Below, one piece after another: positions 12,887 through 25,369 of a DNA stretch of 42,293 bases (its first letter is position 1; every line of letters starts with the position of its first letter). The notes below the pieces were generated by a model. It made no database searches and was not told where the DNA came from. It saw only the letters and a list, made by a program, of their open reading frames with translations. The DNA is from Asterionella formosa. Lineage: Eukaryota. Made by a program: the position numbers and the translations under genes. The DNA lies in contig NKIB01014596.1 in assembly GCA_002256025.1 (NCBI GenBank), positions 1 to 42,293 on the forward strand. The letters run 5' to 3'.

Positions 12887-15773
12887 GATATGTATTTCAC
12901 CTTGCCAAAAAGTGCTGCATCATCCCTGGATGCATGAAACAATTGGAATTTTTATGCACCGATACAGGATATCTTCCACAAGAATACCATACACCTGAAG
13001 AAATTGGTTTATTGGAATCTTTCTATACTGGCACCAAAGCACCATTACAGATCATTATGGTTATAGCACATGATTCCATGTTATTTCAACCAGAAGATGA
13101 TAGTTGATGCTCATGTGGACCATTTACAATTGTGAAAGTGTTGGAAACTCTATTGCAATTAGAAAGGAATGACACAAAAAAAGCACAATTCCGTTTGGAG
13201 ACAGAGTCCTCGTAAGTTTTAAAACATCAGGAGGTAGCAACAGATCGAACAGACGATTTGTTACTATCTGTTACATCTGCCCCACCAGCCAAGTCAACAT
13301 ACTTTCATCTTGGAACAAATTGGCCTCAAGTGACAGCAACAAATTCTCGTGAGGATATGTTTCAGTTGGAAATAACTGTTCTTCAATTTTGTATCGACAA
13401 AATTTTGAGCTCCTATTTAGATTTTAAAATGTTGAACAAAGTATTTGGACGACTAACTTGCAATTCATCTTTCAAGAAGGATGATGTTGTCAACGTGAAA
13501 TCCATGATCCAACAAATGAATGACAAAGTTGCTCCCTTCAAATGGTATAATCATGCACCTCTTGGCCAAAGTTCTGGATGCATCAAAATTGACAATAAAT
13601 TGAAAAAATATTTTGTTTTGATGATAGCCCTTCTGGAATCAAATTGAAAAAGTTTACAGACTCATATTGAACTGCAGTTGAAAAGTGGAGAAGAAAAATT
13701 TCGGACGAAACGATAAGGACCATCTTAGGTTCTTTGGGAGTGAAAAAGAAACGTTCAATGGTCTGATTCATCGGAAGTAGTGCATCAGAACCATTCTTCC
13801 ATATGAAATCGGCAAGCTCTGGGTCACTTTCCACTTCTTTGCCTAACTCCATGAAGGAAACCATTTTATATACTCTACTGATTTTAATAATTTTTATCTA
13901 GAACTCACTTCGTTTTCGTTCGTCTCCTGAAAATCGGACTCCGGCAATTCATCTTTCACCATGCCGATCATCATCCATCATGACCGGTTTGAAGCGAAAT
14001 CAGGTTAGCTATGACGTCAGTAGCAATTCGTTGTCTAACGGATGTGGTTGGTTGTTGTATTGCTTGTCTTCTCGAGGGATTCATGCAGTCGCATCGTCCA
14101 TTTTTCGTCGGACAAACGATGATAACGATACATCTGATGTTGGTTTACAGTTTTTGCCCAGGTCATGCATGTGATGATGTTGCCTTAATGGATATTCTGC
14201 CGGTATTTATCTAGCCTACATATGTACGTGTACTAAAAGAACCATGCATGGTTTAAGCTAAACTTTAATGCTTACTTTGAACACGTTATAATATTATTTC
14301 TGTAGAATCAGTATTGTTTTTACGAGACCAGAATGTTCTATTATATCGTTCACATATTGATTGATTTTACATACCGTCTGCCCGATTTCGTCCTCACAAT
14401 TATAATTGTCACTCTATCCTGCCTGCCATTGCTCAATTCGGGCTTTCAAAAGGAACTTTTGACTTTCTTATGAGCCCATCGTATGCTTCGTGTTACGCTT
14501 GTTAGTGGATCGGTGAGTACAGCGAGTACATTTGTCAAACACTGAATGAGATCATAGATACAATTGTCGAATTTCCGATTTGATTGCTACCATGGTCCAT
14601 TTTGATCGCTTCCATCGTTGTTTGTCTTTCCGCACTGTCGTTTTGTTTCGATTGTATCTATCTACATAAGAACCAATGTATTTATCAATGACTACTCTTT
14701 GACGACGTATTGTTGTTGATCGTATTTGTTAATTTGTATAGTCGATGACCATGATGTCAATATTGTCGCCAAGCAATGCTTTTCTTCAACTGACGCATTT
14801 TGCTACATTTCTACTACAAGTTCGTATCACAAGCTACATAAATACTCAGCTAGAGAGAGTCAATAGTGCTGGAGCAGCGTGGCGATCACGCTCGTTCAGA
14901 ATGGAATGAATAGGGTTGCTAGTTTGCTGCTGGGCGGAGGAATGACTTTGGCGGAAATACTGCTACTGGTGTCAGGCTACTACAGCGATGTGCATGGTTG
15001 CAACAACTAGAATATTTATGCTAAATAACGATGCAGGTCAAAATTGGGTTCAGCTATTTTTCTTCTTCTTTCGGTCTTTGATTGTGTGGTGATGGAAAGT
15101 CAATGTTGCCTGTGTAAGTACTACAATGATTCACAATGCATATGTCTCCATTGAAACTCCTATTTTTACTTCATTTCTAACCCATAACAATTTTTTCTAT
15201 TTCTTATTTGATGCAACTTATTACATCGCATTTCATACTTTGGTTGCCCAAACATCATGTTCAATTTTCATTGATGTTGCATGTTGTTACAATCATTCTC
15301 GTGTGTTTTACGCTTGTTGTACCATCTCCATGCATATTATTACCCTGGTACCGTTATTCTGGTTGTTACTTTGAGCCTAAAAATTACTTAAAAGTACCCG
15401 AATGGCAAGACGATACCGGTAGATGGAGCGGGAATTGCTGTAATACAATACAATTTGTTAAGATAATACAGATGCTGGGCGGTACAGAGTAACAGGTAAG
15501 ATTAATATTATAAACAATGAATCACTTACGCGCTGGTGGATGCCGGTGCTACCTGGTACGTATTATCTGTCATCATGTCCGATCGTTATTAAAAAGAGAG
15601 GCTCAATGACGTTTCTCAACCTCAGTCAGACGGTACATATTGTGAAGACAGTATGATACTATGTATTGGACTGATTCTGGTTTCTTTACTTGGAACCAGA
15701 GTACCGGTACCGAGTATGAAGCAGTTTCCGGCCTTGACCCCCATCGACAGCAGACTGAAGCCAGACCCTCATC

Positions 15774-17243
15774 ATGGGGTCTTGCCCGCAAATACTGCTG
15801 CTCATATTAAGTGGATTATGTTCTAGCACATCTTTCAGTCCGCATGGCGCAATAAGTTCCAATAGGTTTGCTGCGGAGCTACCGTCACGACGTAATGGAC
15901 GAGAGGTTAGGAGGTCCTGGAGTCTGAATACTGCACCGGATGCGCCCGTAGGCGTATTGGAAACCGACTCTGTACCGTGTGTAACTTCTGTTCATTTGCT
16001 TTCCCTTCAATATCCAGATGATAGTAATAAGAATAACCCTCGCCTCTTTTCTAAGCGACTCAAAGAGGTTTGGAAATGGAAAGACGCCGTCCTGGGCGAT
16101 GGACGTGATTTCTTTGTTCCCAAACCAAAAACGCTGAAAAAGATTCAATCTGTCTTTATCAAGCGGAACAGTAAGGGCCTGTCTCGTAATCGGAGTCGGA
16201 GCAGCGTCCATTCTGATTCTATTTTGACCATTGACGAATGCGCCATTTTGTCCAATTGCGCAAGATTGGAAATCATGTTGGTAGTATCCACGACAATCAG
16301 AAATGATGAACGCGTCGACGCCCATCGAGATCAAGAATTGGATAATATACTGAAGGCAGTTGTTTCCAACACGCTCTTGGATCAAGTCAGATTTTACCAA
16401 TCCATGTCCTTTCCGGGAATCTTGCAAGAGCAGCTAAAGAAATTGGATCGCCCAAGTGTCATCCATGACTACGGCAGTGGTGACTATAAAAGTGATAACT
16501 CATCGTCGCCTTCGAGTGCAAGTAGTAGCGTCAATGACTTGCGAAATTATTGGGATCATGTGCAAGGCTCTGAGGACGTTTGCCGTTATTTATGCCTCGT
16601 GGCTGCCGGGATGGCGATACGGCCTAATAGACCATCAAAAGCCGTAGAATTCCGACCATTTTCATCTCGAGACGCCCATATATTGCTGCAAATCAAACGT
16701 ACCATGGAGGGTTCAACTGGAAACATTTGTCAAAAGATTCTCCAGTCCGCCCTGACAGCTGGAAAGGCATGTCGCAATATAGATAAGGTACCAGAAATCC
16801 AGGTGCTTAAACCAGGAATCATGGGTTATACCAAGAATGATGAACTACGAGCAAAAGAGGCTGCCTTGGAAAAGGCCATTGAACCTACGGTGCAAGAGTG
16901 CGTCAATAGCATTGTTGCAGCTGGGCAGTCACAGAGAATACAAGATTTACGAGTAACTGTCATGAGTTGGAGCACAAATGAGCATGAAGCAAAGTGGCTG
17001 CGAAAGCAATTGCATAAACCAACAATGGAACTAAGGAAAAATCTGCCAGTTGAGGGAGAGATTACAGAATCCTCAAGAAGTGATGGATTGGTGTTAGCAT
17101 CATTGGATCTGACAATAAAACAGCTACAAAAGGATTTTCAATCATGGCGACAGGTGCAGGAGTTTGAAACAACAAGAAGCACAATGAACATGGACATGTT
17201 ACCTATCTATCAACAAAGTAGTGATTCCAGTAAATGCTTATAG
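15774..17243 (+). CDS. Glutamyl-tRNA reductase (HemA)-like protein lacking the NADPH-binding domain, probably plastid-targeted
   Basis: 489-aa intronless ORF with a signal peptide and TSF-SP transit start. It contains ECAILSNCARLEI (cf. LSTCNRxE), RYLCLVAAG (cf. HLFxVAxG), HILLQIKR (cf. QILxQVK), ILQSALTAGKACR and C-terminal LHKPTMELR. Confidence 0.75.
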   Translation: MGSCPQILLLILSGLCSSTSFSPHGAISSNRFAAELPSRRNGREVRRSWSLNTAPDAPVGVLETDSVPCVTSVHLLSLQYPDDSNKNNPRLFSKRLKEVWKWKDAVLGDGRDFFVPKPKTLKKIQSVFIKRNSKGLSRNRSRSSVHSDSILTIDECAILSNCARLEIMLVVSTTIRNDERVDAHRDQELDNILKAVVSNTLLDQVRFYQSMSFPGILQEQLKKLDRPSVIHDYGSGDYKSDNSSSPSSASSSVNDLRNYWDHVQGSEDVCRYLCLVAAGMAIRPNRPSKAVEFRPFSSRDAHILLQIKRTMEGSTGNICQKILQSALTAGKACRNIDKVPEIQVLKPGIMGYTKNDELRAKEAALEKAIEPTVQECVNSIVAAGQSQRIQDLRVTVMSWSTNEHEAKWLRKQLHKPTMELRKNLPVEGEITESSRSDGLVLASLDLTIKQLQKDFQSWRQVQEFETTRSTMNMDMLPIYQQSSDSSKCL

Positions 17244-18388
17244 TATCCTTCTATTAAGAGTACTAATACAAGAAAAATGATTGCAAGAGCACTAGCATCC
17301 TGTAGCCACTAAATGCAAAGTAAAATGTGTGAGTGGACCCATACATAAGTAACTAAACTACCAGGATAGTTTTGAAATAGTTCTGTCATTATCATTTCTA
17401 GAAGGAATACCTAGAAATAACTTAGGCTATTGACTCATAACTTCATGGAAACTTGTTTCTCAAATTTTCCAATTTTATATTGAGTTAAACTTGCAGTCTA
17501 CCTGTAAGTGAAAATAGATTTCCCTGCTGTTTCTAATAAAAATAAAGACAAGCAAACAAAGAGACTCTAACCTTGGTACCACCAGTACCATATGGCTCAT
17601 CAATATGAGCTGTTCACATGTGTGAAGATTTACCATTGCAAGCACATTAATTGAGTCGATCTACCCAATCATGAATACAATTCCAGACTTATTTCTGTAT
17701 TGAAATGATGTACAAACTTGAATAGCAGCACCAATTGCCAAGTAGTACTATATAATTAAACCAAAGTGTGGTATATTCGAATGGAACAATTTTAAAAGAA
17801 ATCAATATTTCCCTGAAGGAAAGGAAGATATGCAATGCAGATAGGATCTCACGTTCATGTTTTCCTAAGTTGTCAATATGGAGTTTAGCTGTCCTCAGTT
17901 AAGTGATGATGATGAATGACTACTAGTAGCCTACTACCTCCCCAAGGAATACTATCTATCAGAGCTACTATACTGCCATCTTTTGAAAGACAACCTAAGA
18001 ATGGCTCTTATGAATGTTTACTACTAGATCAATCAAATAAGCTCAAGAAAAGATGGCGAAATTAGAACAAAAGGTTTTGTACTCAGAGCTTGTCGAGAAA
18101 GAGCTGCCTACCCAGTAGCAGTGCAGTTATATCAAGATGCAGAAGAATTTACTGGCAACACACACACAATACGATACACTTCTATAGTAGCCATTAGCTA
18201 TGCAATGCCCATATACCACCAGTGGTGCGGCATACGCACACACGGCCTTTCCCAAAAAGGACTAGTCCGATTGGTCCCAAAACAACCGTTGCTCCAAATT
18301 TTCCATATAGTTATTCAGATCTGTATAAGCAACTTTACCCTCTACGTATCATTTTAAATCTCACATTCCTCCTCCTATTCTGTTAACC

Positions 18389-19474
18389 ATGAGATTTCGT
18401 CCCGCTTCCTCGGGAGAGGCAATGATCTCAGCTGCTCAAGAGAATGATCGAGACTTAATTGTACCTAGAAAGTCTACTCCTAAAGCAAAGTCTCCGTTCA
18501 AAGTTCTGAATGAGAACGATTCCCTGACGACGTCAAGAACTACTGGTTGTGCCAAGAAACTTTCCCTGCAAATGGCAGAAGCTGCCACTCCAGTTCCGAA
18601 GCGCGTGAAAGAAAGCATGGAACTGAAATATCCAGATGATCAAGATGTTCCATCCCGCAAATCGATTCGAGCTCATTACGAAAGTGCCATGCAGTTGGAA
18701 AATTCCCACCAAAGTAGCCTTAGCCCTTTTGGCCTCTTGAGCCTGGAAGAAGTTCTCTTGCCAGCTGTCGTGAAAGAGGAATTGAAATCCATCAAAAATA
18801 TCCAAGCCAAAGCCCAAAGAGACGCCCCGGAACTTGTGGAGGGTATCATGAAGTTGCGTTGTACCATTTACGAAGCCACAGAGGCTGGGATTGAGGCAGG
18901 ACGTGTCGCGAGAGCTCAACGAGAAACGGAACAAGTTGAGCGTGATCGCCAGAAGGAACAGTCAAAGTTACGAGAAAAAGAAGAACGACGTATTCAGAGA
19001 GTAGAGGCCAAGCAGGCTGAACGAGAAAGACAATTCCGAGAAAGCAAGAAGAAGTTACCAAAGAATATGGAACTCTGGCGAGAAGTTGCTTTTCTCATGA
19101 CGGAGCTATCAAATTTGCAGAAGGAAGAACATTCGTGGAATGTTTGCCTAATGCAGTTGAACCAGAAAGAGCAAGAAATGGTAAATTTACAGCAAAATAA
19201 GCCTTTTGAGGCGGACGACAGTGACACCAAGATCGAACCAAATGACTTCAAGGACCGCATTGACTCTGCAGTGCAAGATATTCTCCTCTGTGCTCGACGA
19301 ATCCAAAACGCTGTAGAACTAACCTCGAAAACAATAGAAGACTCGAGTAAGGTTCGAAAGGATCTTTATCAAGAATACAGGGCTGATCATCAATTTCATG
19401 GCTACAAGGGAGTCAAAAATCCGAAGGGACTTATTCGAGCCCTTTCTCAATCACAAGATGCCTACGACAACTAG
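18389..19474 (+). CDS. Hypothetical coiled-coil protein
   Basis: 361-aa ATG-started ORF with a long E/R/K/Q-rich helical core and a disordered N-terminus. Confidence 0.8.
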   Translation: MRFRPASSGEAMISAAQENDRDLIVPRKSTPKAKSPFKVLNENDSLTTSRTTGCAKKLSLQMAEAATPVPKRVKESMELKYPDDQDVPSRKSIRAHYESAMQLENSHQSSLSPFGLLSLEEVLLPAVVKEELKSIKNIQAKAQRDAPELVEGIMKLRCTIYEATEAGIEAGRVARAQRETEQVERDRQKEQSKLREKEERRIQRVEAKQAERERQFRESKKKLPKNMELWREVAFLMTELSNLQKEEHSWNVCLMQLNQKEQEMVNLQQNKPFEADDSDTKIEPNDFKDRIDSAVQDILLCARRIQNAVELTSKTIEDSSKVRKDLYQEYRADHQFHGYKGVKNPKGLIRALSQSQDAYDN

Positions 19475-20238
19475 ACTAAGATTGTGCTGGTGGGATTTTA
19501 TCTAAAGTTTCATTGTATTTCTATGAATGTCGTTTAGTTGCTATATTTATTCTTGCGCTACATGAAAAACAACGAAAGTGTATTAAAAACGAATAGTATG
19601 CAAGTGACCGGAATTTAGCGTCGTGAAATGATGTATACTCCTCGCTGATGGAGTGGTGGTGAGATTTCGGGTTCGTTGGTCATATTACATCATATATCGG
19701 ATGTGAAAGACGAAGATAAAAAATAGACAAGCATGATGGGCATCGCAACGAATGTTTCAACCACTAGAGTCAAAAAAGTAGACCATGACACATTCCGGTA
19801 GTAGTACATACCGGTATCTGGCTTGGTTTTTGTTGCTGAAACTACCGTATATGATTTCGCATCCGCATCTTCAGTGAAATCACCATAAACTCCTTGGAAA
19901 AGAGTGTAAGCACAGTGCAAATTAAGCGTAGCACGCACTGCGCTGTTACAGTAAAGAGATAGCATGAAAGCTACCTTCCTATGACAAAATCATGATTTTG
20001 TCCGAAAAATGGCCTGCATTCCAACACATGAATGCGACGTTTCTAATCTTTGCTATAAACGATGTCGTCGCGACACTAGTTACATTTTTCTAATACCTTG
20101 GTCTCTTAACAACTTACATTTTGTTTGTTCTTTCTGTTCATTTGTTGTTTAAATGTGATATGGTCACATGCAAGGCTTTTACAACATTCGGGGATACGAG
20201 TGCCCATTCTCTCATTTTCATTTTGCTCTCATATTCGT

Positions 20239-21417
20239 TCAGGGCATCATGCGCTTATCACCTCTGGATGCATGCAATTTCGCAATGTTGGCAAACTCAT
20301 CACCCAAGCACGTCAAAATGTCACTCCAAAGATCCGATGCATTATCTTGTTCGGTTGTGGGTGCACCCGCATACCTCAACATTAAATCAGGCGAGACAGC
20401 CACGGGATACCAGACATTCTTAGCAATCTCTCGCGACAACTGTCCCGCCACCCACGCCGCGTGTCCCTTAACAAAGAGAGCATTTTTGGGGTCGAATCGA
20501 TTGATGCGCACTTCATTCATGAGTTCTTCGGATCCGCCGACAAAGACGCCAGGCGCAAGTTTGCGGGCACCGTCAACTTCGGCCCATCCGTGGAGGATGG
20601 AGTATTCTTCTGGGTTGACTGGTCCACCGTAAGTAACGGGAGATGACTTCATGGCTAGTTTGAGCGACAAGTCGAGCTTGGAGTCCGACTCGGACGCAAT
20701 TTTCATCAGGTCGCCGTTGAGGGGTCTATATTGGAACGAAACAATGATTCCGATGAGAATTATAAAAAATATCTGAATAATGCACGTTTCTTCCAGAACT
20801 CACCTGTTGATCACAATGCCGGTTGATCCCTGAGATTCCGAATGCTCAATGACCAAGACCACTGTCTGGTGAAAGACCCCTCCCAACTTTTCGTTCGCCA
20901 CCAAGACGCATCCTGCTTCGACGTGAGGAATCAAGTGCGCCCACCGGTGCTTGTCGATCGTAACCTTTCTCTGAATAAAGACGGGTAGCTCCGCTTCACT
21001 CACAAATGGATCATCCGGCATTCCCACGGAGTCTCCGTTGAAAATGGTATCCAAGTGTTTGTTGGTCACTGTTGGCGCAATCGGAGGCTTGGGCGAGAAG
21101 ATGCTGGATATGGCCCCGGCGAAAATGTCTCCCAGTTGTCCCTGTTTGGCGAGCTTTGCATCGCCTTCTGCTGTTGCTTCGGCCGCTGCTTGGTCCTCGA
21201 TGCGTTCTTGTGCCACCAGTCGTGCACGAAAGAGTCTCCAATCATTGTCCATCATGTCTTCCAACTGCTTTTCCACAAAGGCGCGATCGTTGTTCTTCAT
21301 GGACAGCGAGGAGGCAGTCGCGCGCATAAGTGCTGGAGGAGAAAAGGCAGCGGAGGGTTGCACCACCATCAGAAGCAGCGAGAGAGCTGCGCTGCAACGT
21401 GAAAACGAACAAGTCAT
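20239..21417 (-). CDS. Plastid-targeted DUF179 (AlgH/YqgE family) protein, 2 exons (21417-20804, 20725-20239)
   Basis: PSAAF-SPP bipartite signal, then [26 protein letters not shown] and [17 protein letters not shown]. The 78-nt GT-AG intron keeps the frame. Confidence 0.9.
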
Positions 21418-22272
21418 TGTGTTGTTGTGTGCAGCAGTGTAAAGAACAATGGTGAGAATTTCGACGTTTGCTGGAGCGTTCCAAGCTATCTAGCTGGCTC
21501 TTGAGGATGACGGGAGACTTGGTGAACAATAAAGAGGACAGCGGCGCAGGAAGGTATCAGGAAAATGACTTGGGGCTGGTGCTCGTGAGGTAAAGTAGTC
21601 GAAGAACAATGCGCTGTGTAGGCTGATGGCGATCACGGGGTGGTGATGGCGACAACCTGATCTTGTTTCACAGAATTTACAGAATTCCGGTCTCTACATG
21701 CATGTTTGTACTGATACGGGTGCATCACATGTTTATCATGTAGTAGCTACAAGTACCTGGTATCGGTACTGGAGTCTGTCTACTGGTATGTCTGTTTGTA
21801 GTTGGATATCATAGAATTGACATCATCAAAGAATACCGGTATGACTGAACCAAATCACACCGGTATAAGCAATCATTGATACAGACTACCGGTACATTTA
21901 GTATGTAGCGTTACATATAATCCCGGTGCCGCAAATGCCCTGGTACCTGGTACCGTCCTTCTTTTGATGGTCTACGCGTAGTGCTGTAGTACATAGGAAC
22001 GTCTGAGTTCTCATTTCTCAATCCCGTACAGCCTACCAGATGCTCAGTTCGTCCCGTACCAGTAATTGGCTGGGAGGTGCCAGCGCGTAGTGGCACCAAA
22101 ACCTAATTTCGATGCCATCATATATACCACCAGTTCAGCTGCCACTGCTAGCAGCAACCAGATTTTTTGAAACGGCCACAGCGGCAGAGCGACTTGTCCA
22201 GGGCATTTTGTTCCATCATGATGAACAAATTTTACAATTGTTGAATGCTCCGACTTGAACAACGCAACCAAG

Positions 22273-22872
22273 ATGGCGACCTCCTCCTTGCGGCCTACTA
22301 TCTCCACTTTTATTCTGACCATTCCCATCGTCATCTGGACTATTGACAACCTGTATGGGTTTTGTAAAGTATCAGGAAGCTCGATGGAGCCGACCTTCAA
22401 GTCGGGTGATATTGTCCTAGTCAGAAAATCGGATACTCCATTGGTGAAAAGACCGGACAGTCGCAATGACAAGGACCTCAACGCGGTGCGATTCAATGAA
22501 GCTAGGTTAGGTATAAGTGGGGACTTGTTGATATCCAAGCCTCCACTCGTGACTAAGGGTGATGTAGTAGTCTTTCATTCGCCGAGCGACCCGCGAGAGA
22601 CTTGTATTAAGCGAGTCATTGGGTTGGGTGGACAACACGTGCAACCTCCAGAACGATTTCGGCACACGGAAGTAATTCCCAAATATAGCTTGTGGGTAGA
22701 AGGAGATTTAGCTGCAAATTCTCAAGATAGTCGCCACTATGGACCAATATCCAAGAAACTGCTGCTGGGAAAAGCAGAGCTGATTGTGTGGCCGCCGGCG
22801 AGGTGGGGGAAGGTGGCTACCAAAGAAATATCAGAAGGAAGGGCATGGTGGTATGGCAAAGTAGAAAGATGA
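22273..22872 (+). CDS. IMP2: Mitochondrial inner membrane peptidase (S26), IMP2-like
   Basis: Catalytic Ser in GSSMEPTF and Lys in IKRVIG, plus WVEGD..NSQDSRHYGP and IVWPPARW. The IMP1 versus IMP2 call is moderately certain. Confidence 0.85.
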   Translation: MATSSLRPTISTFILTIPIVIWTIDNLYGFCKVSGSSMEPTFKSGDIVLVRKSDTPLVKRPDSRNDKDLNAVRFNEARLGISGDLLISKPPLVTKGDVVVFHSPSDPRETCIKRVIGLGGQHVQPPERFRHTEVIPKYSLWVEGDLAANSQDSRHYGPISKKLLLGKAELIVWPPARWGKVATKEISEGRAWWYGKVER

Positions 22873-23011
22873 CGGATGGGATGTAGGTGGCAGCAGTTTG
22901 GGTGGACTTTCATCTGCTACATATCATCTTACGTACGACTTGACGAAATTCTACTAAGCTACCGGTACTTAGTCTCGGTTTAGTCCGTGGAACACATCAC
23001 AACACTTGCTA

Positions 23012-23965
23012 TCAAGGGTCTTTCAGGTAGACTGTTAGCTCTGCAAAGAACAATAGAATGCGTGAGACTAAAACCAGATCTCGAGGTACAGACAGTACCA
23101 CAAGTGTCCATGTCATAAACATACCAATTCCATCGCGAAATATCTCTTTATCGATAGCCTTGCTTTCATCTGGTCCACTGTATTCAATAGATCCCTCCAC
23201 CAGTTTTGTCGCTACGACTCCCTTCTCTGCTAAAGTATTGACATAATTTCGATACGAATCAATCCGAGCAAAGACTACGTTGTCAGCTGCCACATAAGTT
23301 CCTGCTCGTACCAATCCAGAATGTTCCAACAGAGTCAAGTCCTTCAGGTACGCATCTTTGTCGTGATCCAAAAAGAGTAAATCGATCCAACGTCTCTCAC
23401 CAATCGTGCCCTTGATTAAATCCACTACAGTTTGATCATGATTGAGGTCCAGTAGGAGTACTGAGATGTGCTCTTGGAGACCAGCGAGAGAAATCAATCG
23501 GCTGGCGACTGCTGCATTCTCTCGACTTGCTTCGACAGTATAAACTATAAAAGCATTTACACCTTGCTCCATTAACAACTTAGCCCAGAGTATGGAGGAA
23601 TATCCACAATATGTTCCAAGTTCCAACAATATAAATTGATCCGTGGCCATTTCGGATTTGGATCTCAAGCAATCAAACAGAAACGCTTCGAGCACTTTCG
23701 CCTTTTCTGGACCCACATGCATCATCCAATGGCGCTCTGTGCAAAATGAATCGATCAACTCTAGTATCAACGACGGGCCAAGTTGATTTTTATTTCTTAA
23801 TTTTTCATTCTCAATGTGGACGAGAAGCGCTCGTTCGGTGCCATGATGAAACGTCAAGACTCCACACTCATCACTTCGCTCCAAGACCGCAGCATCCAAA
23901 ACGTCGTCGACTGTTGTTCCTTCCTCGTTGTCGTCAAAGCATGAAAAGGGATCACCGTCTGCCAT
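23012..23965 (-). CDS. Catechol O-methyltransferase-like enzyme, 2 exons (23965-23125, 23040-23012)
   Basis: WMMHVGPEK, SAM motif LELGTYCGYS, FLDHDKDAY and ADNV. An 84-nt GTATGT...TTTGCAG intron gives the ending DGI|ELTVYLKDP. Confidence 0.88.
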   Translation of the reverse strand: MADGDPFSCFDDNEEGTTVDDVLDAAVLERSDECGVLTFHHGTERALLVHIENEKLRNKNQLGPSLILELIDSFCTERHWMMHVGPEKAKVLEAFLFDCLRSKSEMATDQFILLELGTYCGYSSILWAKLLMEQGVNAFIVYTVEASRENAAVASRLISLAGLQEHISVLLLDLNHDQTVVDLIKGTIGERRWIDLLFLDHDKDAYLKDLTLLEHSGLVRAGTYVAADNVVFARIDSYRNYVNTLAEKGVVATKLVEGSIEYSGPDESKAIDKEIFRDGIGMFMTWTLVVLSVPRDLVLVSRILLFFAELTVYLKDP

Positions 23966-24305
23966 GACGGGGTTTTGCAAAACAACAATTGTGATTGGGA
24001 TCGAGGAGAATTCGAGCTCGCGGTAATATGTTTGTGCGACGCAATGATTGTTAGCGATTTTTTTGTTCGACGTCTATTTTACTACATACAAAAAATGTAA
24101 AATATTTTCCAATTGGGGTCAATGATGTTGATGTCTCGGTCAAATGCACCACACCAAAACACTAAAAGGTATGATAGAAATCTTAACGAGTTGACACTTA
24201 ATCAAATATCGAGTCACAAAAACTAGGACGAGATATGTTATTTTTTTTAAATAATTATTGGTTCTAACGAAAATAACAAGTTTACTACTGCTTTCAAAAC
24301 ACTGC

Positions 24306-24941
24306 CTACTCCTTCTCTGGCATAGTAGCAAGCTTGATTGCTCGTGCAAGCTTGGCGTTGGGTGCCTTGAGAACAAGGGCAACCTTCGTAGGGACCATCT
24401 TGATGGATCCAGCAATCTTGGCATAAAGCTCCAACTTGGAAGGAAGCTTTCCAATCTGTTCAATTCCAGCCCCGTCATAAACGTTGCGTTCAATTACACC
24501 TCCAATGATAGGGTGGGATTCCCTCTTTTGGAACTCCTTCAGAAAGGAGTTGTACACCTTGATAGTGCCACCAATATCATCTTTGATGAAAAACCAGTTA
24601 TTGGCTCCTTTGAGCAGAGACGAGGCAACCTCATAGTCGGTTCCTTCTATGGCACGCACCATCAAAGTATTCTTGAGCGTGGTCATGGTAGTTCCCTCTG
24701 GAAGAGAGCGACGCAACGCCTGGGCCTGCTTTACAGTGAATGAACCTCCCGGAATGGCAAAAATCAATTGAGACTCTGCTAGAAGGGTTTTGACGGTTTC
24801 CACTCTCTCCATCTTGCCCTTCAATGAAGTCGCATATTTGTCAGCTCCTCCGAACAATTCAGTTGATTGCCTGCCAGCTGGATTGCTAACAAAGGCAGCA
24901 GCCGAGCCGATGGCGGCAAGGAATAGAATGCTGCTCTTCAT
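24306..24941 (-). CDS. rpl10: Nuclear-encoded plastid 50S ribosomal protein L10 (uL10c)
   Basis: SAAAF bipartite signal, then LRRSLP...LKNTLMVRA and LPSKLELYAKIAGSI..VPTKVA. Confidence 0.93.
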   Translation of the reverse strand: MKSSILFLAAIGSAAAFVSNPAGRQSTELFGGADKYATSLKGKMERVETVKTLLAESQLIFAIPGGSFTVKQAQALRRSLPEGTTMTTLKNTLMVRAIEGTDYEVASSLLKGANNWFFIKDDIGGTIKVYNSFLKEFQKRESHPIIGGVIERNVYDGAGIEQIGKLPSKLELYAKIAGSIKMVPTKVALVLKAPNAKLARAIKLATMPEKE

Positions 24942-25369
24942 GGTCGATTACCGGTAGTCCACAGAATAGGGAGCAACAGATAGAGTAGTAGGCCGCAAAA
25001 GCTGATGGCGAGTAGAGTCGACACCTGTTAATACTTGGTGGAGTGGTAGAAAAGGAGCGGCTGTGATGTGACCATGTTCTTTGAAATGTAGGTTGCCGTA
25101 CCCCCTGGTATGTTTACAGTTTGATGGTTCCACTTACCTACGTGCGTCATCAACCGGTAAATCCTGGGCTGCGCGAGCCGCACAAAAAAGTTACTTGTGA
25201 TTGATTTACCGCATGCATGATGTTCTGGTCGTTGCACAGCAGAGGAATAAAGTGACGTTTTCCTTGTACCGGTAGTGTGTAAACCGTCTTTTATCGGACC
25301 TTGTTCGCTCGGCCTGTGATTGGTGGTGTTGGTACGGTAGTACTGGTACCTGGTACCTGGTACCAGTTA

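Noticed and set aside
12900..13864. Broken ORFs (13258-13647 +, 13583-13864 -)
   Set aside because: Multiple stops and no recognisable motif. This is probably decayed TE or pseudogene sequence but cannot be assigned.
19690..19965. Small minus-strand ORF with an exon-like core (GVYGDFTEDADAKSY...)
   Set aside because: I could not build a coherent spliced gene with a start and recognisable homology. RNA-seq would be needed.
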